This document shows positions 6,579-13,516 of a DNA stretch of 13,516 nt, piece by piece (the stretch's first letter is position 1; each line of letters opens with the position of its first letter). Under the pieces are notes generated by a model that was given only the letters and a program-made list of their open reading frames with translations, ran no database searches and was not told the origin of the DNA. The DNA lies in the NCBI GenBank assembly GCA_039801225.1, contig JBDRUH010000043.1:1-13516 (forward strand), in the 5' to 3' direction. Both the position numbers and the translations under genes were made by a program. The stretch comes from a candidate division WOR-3 bacterium. GTDB taxonomy: Bacteria; Hydrothermota; Tepidihabitantia; Tepidihabitantales; Tepidihabitantaceae.

Positions 6579-7870
6579 CAGTAAGGGGAAGGTTTTTGGC
6601 TTTTGGTTTTTGGCTTTTGGTTTTTGGCTTTTGGCTTTCGGCTTTTGCTAATATTGCCGACCGGATTGTGGCGGTTGTCGGCGATAAGATAATCCTAAAG
6701 AGTGAAGTGGAACAACTTGTGACTTTCGTCCGACTGTCAACTGGGGATACATTGACTCCTGATTCAATTCTTCAAGAAGAGGCGCGGCGTCGTCTTATTG
6801 ACGAGGCGCTGCTCCAGACGGAGGCAATCCGGGAGTCGGTAGAAGTGGGTCGGGATGAGATTGCAACCGAGGTGGCAAAAAGCATCGCCTCACTAAAAGA
6901 GCGATTTGAGTCGGAAGAGGAGTTTGCCGCAGCGCTGGGCGAGGAGGGGCTTTCAGAAAAGATGCTCAAGGAGCGGATTGGTGAGGAGGTGCGAAAGAAT
7001 CTTTTAGCCCGACGACTCTTAGAAAAAAAGGGACTGATGCAGATTTATATCTCGCCCGCTGAGGCGGAACAGTTTTATAATGAGCATAAGGATTCCATCG
7101 CTTTTCTGCCCGGTAGAGTTTCCTTAGCCCATATCCTCATTCCTATTACACCATCAGAATCGGCCGAGGCTGAGGTCCAGCGTCGAGCCTGGGAGGTAAT
7201 TGACCTTCTCTCCCGTGGTGGCGATTTTGCTACCTTAGCCCGCTCCTTTTCCGACGACCCGAAAACCAAAGAGAGGGGCGGGGACTGGGGGTTTAGAAAC
7301 GAGGAGGAAATTCCTCTTGATCTAGGGATGGTTCTAACCCAACTTAAACCCGGGCAAATCTCACCCCCCTTCCGCACTCAAGATGGCTATCTCATCGCTA
7401 AACTTGAAGCGCGGGAAAAAAAGCGGTGGCACTTCCGAACGATTCTTTTCTCCCTGAAAACAACTCACACCGACACCGTTCGTGCCCGTCGGCTCGCCCT
7501 GTCAGTAAAAAATAAAGCGCTCAGCGGCGTTCCTTTTGACTCACTGGCGAAACTATACTCCGCCGACCCTGAGAGCAAAAAATCGGGCGGTTATCTCGGG
7601 CAGTTTTTTCTTGAAGGTTTGACCCCGCCCTTTGATAAGGTGATTGCCGGAATGGACTCCGGAGATATCAGCGACCCGGTCCTTTCTGAGCACGGCTTCC
7701 ACATCATCAAACTCCTCGCCAAAGAGCCAGCACGAACCCTTAGTTTCCTGGAAATCCAGGATGCTATCCGGAACTACCTATACCAAGAGCGGTTTACCGA
7801 GCGTTTGCGCCAGTATCTTGACCGAATTGAGCGAACGGTCTATGTGGAGATTAAAAAAAACGACAATTAA
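6575..7870 (+). CDS. surA: SurA-like periplasmic chaperone with two parvulin domains
   Basis: ATGA overlap with the upstream stop. DRIVAVVGDKIILKSEV SurA N-terminal motif. Two rotamase domains (HILI...DFATLARSFSDD...GGDWG; FDSLAKLYSADP...GGYLG...GFHIIKL). C-terminal YVEIK. Confidence 0.85.
   Translation: MTVRGRFLAFGFWLLVFGFWLSAFANIADRIVAVVGDKIILKSEVEQLVTFVRLSTGDTLTPDSILQEEARRRLIDEALLQTEAIRESVEVGRDEIATEVAKSIASLKERFESEEEFAAALGEEGLSEKMLKERIGEEVRKNLLARRLLEKKGLMQIYISPAEAEQFYNEHKDSIAFLPGRVSLAHILIPITPSESAEAEVQRRAWEVIDLLSRGGDFATLARSFSDDPKTKERGGDWGFRNEEEIPLDLGMVLTQLKPGQISPPFRTQDGYLIAKLEAREKKRWHFRTILFSLKTTHTDTVRARRLALSVKNKALSGVPFDSLAKLYSADPESKKSGGYLGQFFLEGLTPPFDKVIAGMDSGDISDPVLSEHGFHIIKLLAKEPARTLSFLEIQDAIRNYLYQERFTERLRQYLDRIERTVYVEIKKNDN
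6591..6646 (+). repeat. Eight tandem heptamers GG(T/C)TTTT within the signal-peptide coding region
   Basis: GGTTTTT GGCTTTT GGTTTTT GGCTTTT GGTTTTT GGCTTTT GGCTTTC GGCTTTT. Confidence 0.9.
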
Positions 7871-7877
7871 TTTTTTC

Positions 7878-7905
7878 TTGACTTACTTTCTAAATAATAG
7901 ATAAT
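7878..7905 (+). promoter_or_regulatory. Putative promoter for the FG-GAP gene
   Basis: TTGACT (7878-7883), 16-nt spacer, GATAAT (7900-7905) in an AT-rich gap. SD AAGGAGG at 7914-7920. Confidence 0.5.
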
Positions 7906-7924
7906 AACAGCAAAAGGAGGCTTT

Positions 7925-9181
7925 ATGCAAAAAGGCACACTGTTTGTTATTATCGGACTGTTATTCTCACTGGGCTTCAGTCTGGAACTCCGTTTTAGCG
8001 GTCCTTCGCCAGTTTATGATGGCGGTACCCCGATTGATGTTGGCAACTACGGAGCACCGGTGATAGCCGACTGGAACGGCGATGGCAATAAAGACCTCAT
8101 CTGCGGTCAATTCACCAATGGCAAAATCCGGTATTACGAAAATATCGGCGCCGACACCGCGCCGGTTTTTAATGGGTTTGAGTTCCTTAAAGCGGATGGA
8201 GTGGAGATTGAACTCCCTTATGGTTGATGTGTTGGTTCTACTCCACAGGTTGTGGATTGGAACTCTGATGGTGAGTTAGATGTCGTTTCTGGTGACCGCG
8301 AGGGCTATTTCAATGTCTTCATCCGGCAGGGGGGTGAACTTACCGGCTACTATCAATACAAACTTATGGATTCCACCGTTCTTAAGGTTGACGCCAACTC
8401 CCATCCGGCGGTCATCGACTGGAACGGTGATGGTAAAAAGGACTTAATCCTCGGTTCCCAGACCGGCTATATCTACTTCTACCCCAACCAGACAAGCGAT
8501 ACCTGGCCGATGTTTCAGGACTACTCTTATCTGGAGGTCCGTGGTTCGCCCATCAACCGTTATCGGGTAAACCCATACATATTTGACCTTGACCGCGACA
8601 CCATTTATGACTTAATCTGCGGTGCCGATGATGGCTATATCCTTTTTTATAAAAATGTCGGCACTAACGCTACGCCGGTTTTTCTCTTCCCGGAGACCCT
8701 GAGAGCCACTGACGAAACACCGATTCAGCCCAGCCCAACCTCCTATGGCTCGCGCTGCGCCTTCGGCTATTGGAACTCCGATACCCTTCCCGACTTTCTC
8801 CTCTCGGGTTATGACGGCACCGTGGACTTATACTTAGGAACTTCATTGGTCGGCACCGAAGAACCTCTTTCCACCTTAGAGGTTTCTTGCCGGCTGTCGG
8901 TTACCCCAATACCCGGAAGACCACCAGTTCGCATTCAGTTTAGTCCGGTTCTCCCTCAGGAGGTACAGCTAATAATCACCGATGTTTCCGGAAGGAAGGT
9001 TCGCACCGTTATCCTTTCACCTTGCCAAAGTGAGTTTGTCTGGAATGGGATAACTGACCAGGGAACCAAGGCGAATTCCGGTGTTTACTTTTGTGGGATA
9101 AAGCGCCCCTTAAACCGAAGCGAAAAAAACGGTGGAGGTAATAGCCCAGTTTGGACGACGAGAATTGTTTTAGAGAAGTGA
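7925..9181 (+). CDS. Secreted FG-GAP/VCBS-repeat protein with FlgD-Ig/T9SS-type C-terminal domain; candidate selenoprotein (in-frame TGA 8225-8227 read as Sec101; 418 aa)
   Basis: ORFs 7925..8227 and 8252..9181 share one frame. Readthrough gives ELPYG-U-CVGSTPQVVDWNSDG and completes the second of five D/YW(N/D)xDGxxDLxxG-type repeats. Signal peptide at the N-terminus. C-terminus has ITDVSGRKVRT...VWNG..DQG....SGVYF. Confidence 0.8.
8234..8264 (+). promoter_or_regulatory. Candidate bacterial SECIS hairpin
   Basis: GGTTCTA-C-TCCACA-GGT-TGTGGA-T-TGGAACT: 13 pairs (two G-U) with one C/U mismatch. The apical loop GGU begins after a 20-nt spacer from the UGA. Confidence 0.75.
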
Positions 9182-9298
9182 AATTATTAACCCGGAGGTG
9201 TCTGTAAGGCTGAGTTAAATTATATAAAACAAAAAGAGCGTAGTGATTAAACTTTCTTAAGAGGATAGATTTCGCCAGAAGTTTTAAATCCACCTAAA

Positions 9299-9327
9299 TT
9301 GACAACCGCTGATTTATATTCTAAAAT
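9299..9327 (+). promoter_or_regulatory. sigma70-type promoter for the pdxJ-secDF operon
   Basis: TTGACA (9299-9304), 17-nt spacer, TAAAAT (9322-9327). Confidence 0.7.
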
Positions 9328-9335
9328 TCTTTAAC

Positions 9336-10052
9336 TTGTTTACACTTTCCGTTAATATTGACCATATTGCCACTTTGCGTCAGGCGCGGCGGGAAAACTT
9401 TCCCGACCCGGTGCAAGCCGCCGCGTTGGTGGAATTGGCTGGTGCCGATGGAATTACCGTTCATCTGCGTCAGGACCGCCGGCACATCAATGAGCGGGAT
9501 GTGAAACTTCTCCGTCAGACAATAAAGACTGAACTTACTGTAGAGATGGCAGCAACACCGGAGATGGTTCAATTTGCCCGGATAGTAAAACCCGACCAGG
9601 TGACATTTGTTCCGGAGTTGACCACCGAGGTAACCACAACTCAAGGGCTGAATATCAAAAAGAAGAGGGATGAGTTAAAACGGGCAACTGAAGGTTTGAG
9701 AAAAGTTGGGGTACGGGTATGCATTTTTGTTGAACCGGACCCGGAACAGGTCAACCTGGCGGCGAAAATTGGTGCCCAGGCGGTGGAGTTGAATACCGAC
9801 AGGTATAACAAAGAGCCGAAGAGCCGGGATTATCATCTAGACCGGTTGACGGTTGCCTCTCAGACGGCAAGGGAGGCGGGACTGATTGTCAATGTCGGTC
9901 ACGGTTTGGATTATTTGAATGTTGTGCCCATCTTAGAACGGAAAATCGCTCAAGGGTTCTCCATCGGTTTTGCGATTGTTGCCCGGGCGGTCTTTGTTGG
10001 CCTGCGCGAGGCGGTGGCAGAGATGAAACATATTCTGGAGGTGTTTTCTTGA
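9336..10052 (+). CDS. pdxJ: Pyridoxine 5'-phosphate synthase
   Basis: LSVNIDHIATLRQAR, GADGITVHLRQDRRHI, VTFVPE...EVTT and GHGLDYLN motifs. 238 aa, TTG start. Confidence 0.93.
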   Translation: MFTLSVNIDHIATLRQARRENFPDPVQAAALVELAGADGITVHLRQDRRHINERDVKLLRQTIKTELTVEMAATPEMVQFARIVKPDQVTFVPELTTEVTTTQGLNIKKKRDELKRATEGLRKVGVRVCIFVEPDPEQVNLAAKIGAQAVELNTDRYNKEPKSRDYHLDRLTVASQTAREAGLIVNVGHGLDYLNVVPILERKIAQGFSIGFAIVARAVFVGLREAVAEMKHILEVFS

Positions 10053-11719
10053 GAGGCGCGAGGATAAAACTTGCTATCTGGCTGGTGGTTTTTGTCATTG
10101 CCGGGGTTGTGCTCTGGCCCAGTTTTCAGTTATATGTCCTGTTACCGAAACAGGAACGAGCACTCCGGTACCGGCTTGCCCAAGCGACAACCGCGGAGGA
10201 GAGCACCGCAGTTCTAACCGAAATCAGTGAGTTCAACCGGCACAAGGCGGCACTTTATGAGAAGCGCATCGTTCATCTCGGACTTGACCTGGTTGGTGGA
10301 ATGCATGTTGTTTTGGATGTTGACCGGACGAAGTTGAGTGAAGAGGAGTCCCGACGGGCACCAGATTTAGCCCTGGAGGTAATTAGGAATCGGATTGACC
10401 AGTTCGGGGTTTTTGAGCCGACAATTCAGAAAACCGACAAAGGGCGAATCCTGGTGCAGTTGCCGGGTGTGGACCGGGACCGGGCGCTCAATATCATCAA
10501 ACAGCCCGCCCATCTCACCTTCCATCTTGTGGAAGAGAAGGCAAAGGTTTACGATGCCCTTAAGACAATTGATGAGCATCTGGTGACTAAGGGGATCGCC
10601 AAGGGACCGGCGGCGTTGGACACAATTCAACCAATTGACACCACTTTGGGTAAAGAGGCGCCACCCGGCAGCCTGCTCAGTTACATCCGGGGCGAAGGTG
10701 ATGAGTTGGACCTGTTAATTGCCATTGATGATACCGCTGATTTCAAGAGACTTTTGAATCAGGGAAGGGAGTTCTGGCCTGAGGGATACGAGTTTCAGTT
10801 CGGTCCGGGAGAGAGTGAGGAGTATGGTAAGGTGGTAAGGCTCTATCTTTTAAAGAGCGAGCCGGAACTTTTCGGCACCCGGCTGCGCCGGGCAGAGCCA
10901 GCGATTTACCAGGGGGCAGAACTGGAGCGAACAAACACCTGGGTGGTGAATTTTGAACTGGACCGGGAGGGGGCAACAAAGTTTGCCCAGGTTACCGGTA
11001 GGAATGTGGGCAGGCGGCTGGCGATAGTTTTAGACGGTGTGGTGCGTTCAGCACCGCGGATTCAGGAACGGATTCCCAATGGACGGGGGCAGATTACGAT
11101 GAATGACCGGAAGGGCGACAAGGCACGCGATTTGGCGATTGTCTTAAACTCCGGGGCGTTGCCGGCACCGGTGCAGGTGGTTGAGGAGCGGTCAATCGGT
11201 GCTTCCCTCGGTGCCGATGCGATTCGGCGTGGACTCATTGCCAGTGCGGTTGGTGCGCTGGTGGTGGTGTTGTTTATGCTCATCTATTATCGCATTGGCG
11301 GGCTACTTGCTGACCTGGCACTGATATTTAATATCTTTTTACTATTGGCGGTCCTGGCAGCGCTGCGGGCAACATTAACTCTGCCTGGACTCGCCGGTAT
11401 TGCGCTGACGATTGGTATGGCGGTAGATGCCAATGTCCTGGTATTTGAGCGGATTCGGGAGGAGTTGCGCGCGGGCAAGACGCCGATGGCGGCGGTTGAT
11501 ACCGGTTACTCCCGGGCGCTGACCACAATCATTGATGCCAATGCCACCACCATCATCACCGCCATCGCCCTTTACTTCATCGGCTCAGGTCCGGTGCGGG
11601 GCTTTGCCATCACCCTTACGGTGGGGTTAATCATCAATGTCCTGACCGCAGTATTTTTGACCCGATTTGTTTTTGACTGGTTCCTTGCCCGTTTTGAAGT
11701 TAAAACCTTGAGGATTTAA
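10049..11719 (+). CDS. secD: Protein translocase subunit SecD
   Basis: LGLDLVGGMHVVL, IRNRIDQFGVFEP, LAIVLNSGALPAP, LTLPGLAGIALTIGMAVDANVLVFERIREE, IIDANATT. SD GGAGGTG at 10037-10043, TTG start overlapping the pdxJ stop. Confidence 0.97.
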   Translation: MRGARIKLAIWLVVFVIAGVVLWPSFQLYVLLPKQERALRYRLAQATTAEESTAVLTEISEFNRHKAALYEKRIVHLGLDLVGGMHVVLDVDRTKLSEEESRRAPDLALEVIRNRIDQFGVFEPTIQKTDKGRILVQLPGVDRDRALNIIKQPAHLTFHLVEEKAKVYDALKTIDEHLVTKGIAKGPAALDTIQPIDTTLGKEAPPGSLLSYIRGEGDELDLLIAIDDTADFKRLLNQGREFWPEGYEFQFGPGESEEYGKVVRLYLLKSEPELFGTRLRRAEPAIYQGAELERTNTWVVNFELDREGATKFAQVTGRNVGRRLAIVLDGVVRSAPRIQERIPNGRGQITMNDRKGDKARDLAIVLNSGALPAPVQVVEERSIGASLGADAIRRGLIASAVGALVVVLFMLIYYRIGGLLADLALIFNIFLLLAVLAALRATLTLPGLAGIALTIGMAVDANVLVFERIREELRAGKTPMAAVDTGYSRALTTIIDANATTIITAIALYFIGSGPVRGFAITLTVGLIINVLTAVFLTRFVFDWFLARFEVKTLRI

Positions 11720-11724
11720 GAATT

Positions 11725-12630
11725 ATGAGACTATTTGGCGAGACCAATATACCTTTTGTTTTTAAACGGCGGCTATTTTTTATAATCTCTGCGGCTCTTG
11801 TTGGAGTGAGCATTATTGCAGTTGTGGTAAAGGGGTTCCGTTATGGAGTGGACTTCACCGGTGGCGGATTGATTCAGGTCCGTTTTTCCCGACCGGTAAA
11901 GATTGATGCGGTGCGGGCGGCACTGACCGCAATTGGTGAAGCCGGTGCATCAATTCAAGAGACCGAGACCGGTGACTTTCTTATCCGGGTGAAGCCCAGC
12001 GAAAAATCTGGCGAAGAGTCCGGATTTTCCTCCCGGGTCCGCCAGCAGTTCGCCATTACCTTTCCGGATAATCCGTTTGAGGTCCTGCGCGATGAGGCGG
12101 TTGGACCGCGCATCTCCAAGGAGTTGCAGAGCAAGGTGCTCTGGGCGGTATTATTGGGTTTGGTGGGAATTCTTATCTATGTTTCTTTCCGGTTTGACTT
12201 TCGGTTTGGCACCGGCGCGGTGCTCTCACTTATTCACGACACCTTGATCACCTTAGGGTTCTGCGCCCTTTTCAACCGCGAGGTTACCATCACCCTTATC
12301 GCTGGCATTTTGACAATGATTGGTTATTCGGTAAACGACTCAATTGTGGTATCGGACCGCATCCGCGAGGATATAAAGAAGATGCGCAAGGAGTCTTTTG
12401 CTGAAGTCTGCAATCGGGCGATAAATCAGGTTTTGAGCCGGACAATTGTAACCTCGCTTACCGTCCTTTTTGTTACCATTGCCCTTTTGCTCTTAGCCTC
12501 GGCAGAAATAAGAGACTTCGCCTTTGTTATGACCATCGGCACAATTGTGGGCACCTACTCCTCAATTTTTATCGTAGCGAACTCGGTGGTGGAGTGGGAA
12601 CAGCACTTCCCCACCAAACGCCGTCGCTAA
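11725..12630 (+). CDS. secF: Protein translocase subunit SecF
   Basis: YGVDFTGG, VGPRISKEL, HDTLIT, IGYSVNDSIVVSDRIRE, LSRTIVTS, VGTYSSIFI. Confidence 0.97.
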   Translation: MRLFGETNIPFVFKRRLFFIISAALVGVSIIAVVVKGFRYGVDFTGGGLIQVRFSRPVKIDAVRAALTAIGEAGASIQETETGDFLIRVKPSEKSGEESGFSSRVRQQFAITFPDNPFEVLRDEAVGPRISKELQSKVLWAVLLGLVGILIYVSFRFDFRFGTGAVLSLIHDTLITLGFCALFNREVTITLIAGILTMIGYSVNDSIVVSDRIREDIKKMRKESFAEVCNRAINQVLSRTIVTSLTVLFVTIALLLLASAEIRDFAFVMTIGTIVGTYSSIFIVANSVVEWEQHFPTKRRR

Positions 12631-12658
12631 TCGGCTGTCAGCCATCGGCTGCCAGCGG
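12631..12658 (+). repeat. Four degenerate heptamers filling the secF-pgpA gap
   Basis: TCGGCTG TCAGCCA TCGGCTG CCAGCGG. Confidence 0.55.
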
Positions 12659-12659
12659 T

Positions 12660-13130
12660 ATGAATTATAAACTGAAATTCTGGCTTCAAGCCAGCCTGGG
12701 CTCAGTTTTTTTCACCGGCTACTTCCCGATAGCACCGGCAACGGTTAGTTCCTTTTTTTCCCTTCTCCCCGCCTACCTCCTTTGCCGCAAACCGCTCCTG
12801 GCTTTCTTTACCATCGTTATAGTTTTCTTTTTTGGCGTCTGGCTGGCAAACGACTTGGAAAAGGTCTGGGGCAAAGACCCCAAGCGGGTAACGATTGACG
12901 AAACGCTCGGCACCCTCATAACCTTCTTTTTTATTCCGGTCTCCTGGCTCGGTCTTTTAATCGGTTTTTTTCTTTTCCGCGCTTTTGACATCCTGAAACT
13001 GCCCTTCATCAACCGGGTTCAAAATGTTCGGGGTGGCTGGGGCGTAATGCTTGACGACCTCCTTGCCGGTATCTGTGCCAACTTAGTTTTGCGAGTACTC
13101 GGGCAATTTTTCCCGGTGTTAAAGGTATGA
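12660..13130 (+). CDS. pgpA: Phosphatidylglycerophosphatase A
   Basis: GYFPIAPAT, KDPKRVTIDETLG, GFFLFRAFDILK, GGWGVMLDDLLAG. ATG 12660 preferred over the overlapping GTG at 12594. Confidence 0.93.
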   Translation: MNYKLKFWLQASLGSVFFTGYFPIAPATVSSFFSLLPAYLLCRKPLLAFFTIVIVFFFGVWLANDLEKVWGKDPKRVTIDETLGTLITFFFIPVSWLGLLIGFFLFRAFDILKLPFINRVQNVRGGWGVMLDDLLAGICANLVLRVLGQFFPVLKV

Positions 13131-13516
13131 TGTCGGCGGAAATTATCATCATCGGTGATGAGGTCCTTGCCGGTCGGGTCCTGGACACCAACTCTGCGGT
13201 CATAGCCCGGGCTCTGGCAAAAATCGGCATTAATGTTAAACGGGTAGTCCGGGTTGGTGATGATGAAGAGTCAATTAAGCATGCCTTAGCCAGCGGGCTG
13301 GTCCTGAGCCGGCTGGTGTTCGTTGTCGGCGGATTGGGAGTAACTCCGGACGACAGAACACTGTCTGCGGTTGCCAGCCTGCTTGGTCGTAAACTCATCC
13401 TCCATCAGCCGACCTATCACCGGGTTGAGCAAATCTTCCGCAAGAGAAATATCAGACCGCCCCAACTGGCAAAGCGGCACGCCTTAATCCTTGAGGGCGC
13501 CACGGTGTTCACCAAC
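13127..13516 (+). CDS. cinA: CinA-family competence/damage-inducible protein, N-terminal MoCF-type domain (3'-truncated by the window edge; absent from the ORF track)
   Basis: ATGA overlap with pgpA. Translates as MMSAEIIIIGDEVLAGRVLDTNS...VGDDEESIKHAL...VVGGLGVTPDDRT and stays open to the window end. Confidence 0.9.
   Translation, partial: MMSAEIIIIGDEVLAGRVLDTNSAVIARALAKIGINVKRVVRVGDDEESIKHALASGLVLSRLVFVVGGLGVTPDDRTLSAVASLLGRKLILHQPTYHRVEQIFRKRNIRPPQLAKRHALILEGATVFTN

Noticed and set aside
7853..7860. A8 run near the end of the SurA-like gene as a slippage site
   Set aside because: It lies in the last few codons (KKN), so a shift would change only the extreme C-terminus.
8225..8227. Genome-wide UGA reassignment to Trp or Gly
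   Set aside because: TGA ends pdxJ, pgpA, the 5754 gene and the transposase at expected positions, three of them overlapping the next start codon. Trp is encoded by TGG throughout.
8252..9181. Independent 309-aa gene starting at GTG 8252
   Set aside because: No SD, the start is inside a hairpin stem, it begins mid-repeat and lacks a signal peptide despite a secretion-type tail. It is better explained as the continuation of 7925.
9182..9298. Possible riboswitch or small RNA upstream of pdxJ
   Set aside because: Only a weak imperfect stem (TTAACCCGG...CTGAGTTAA), no recognisable aptamer motif, and it lies upstream of the predicted promoter.
1310..11528. Remaining short overlapping ORFs in the track (e.g. 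1310..1792-, 4913..5323-, 7075..7377-, 9009..9293-, 9321..9644-, 11062..11283-)
   Set aside because: They overlap well-supported + strand genes and show no recognisable motifs.
12594..12659. Longer pgpA N-terminus from GTG 12594
   Set aside because: It overlaps secF by 37 nt and runs through the heptamer tract. PgpA similarity begins after ATG 12660.
13009..13480. Minus-strand ORFs 13009..13398 and 13286..13480
   Set aside because: Antisense shadows of pgpA and the + strand cinA, which the ORF track missed because it is truncated.

Overview
Bacterial chromosomal window with almost all genes on the + strand. The T9SS/FlgD-type C-terminal domain, the three-parvulin cluster and the PKD+PQQ-propeller lipoprotein suggest an FCB-superphylum host such as candidate division WOR-3 (inference). 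Order: an IS1202/ISNCY-type insertion sequence (87-1400) sitting between two divergent sigma70-type promoters; a secreted three-repeat Ig-like protein; a PKD + beta-propeller lipoprotein; three PpiC/SurA-type foldases; a secreted FG-GAP/VCBS-repeat protein; then pdxJ-secD-secF-pgpA-cinA (partial). The strongest finding is that the two ORFs 7925..8227 and 8252..9181 are one in-frame gene interrupted by a single TGA. That TGA is followed by a Cys codon and a bacterial SECIS-like hairpin with a GGU apical loop, which points to a 418-aa exported selenoprotein with a vicinal Sec-Cys motif (G-U-C) and a T9SS-like sorting domain. Secondary findings: the IS ends lie exactly 15 bp from an outward-facing TTGACA on both sides, eight 7-bp repeats form the signal peptide of the SurA-like gene, a G7 tract lies in a promoter spacer, and two transcripts look leaderless. 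All calls come from reading the sequence; no database searches were run.
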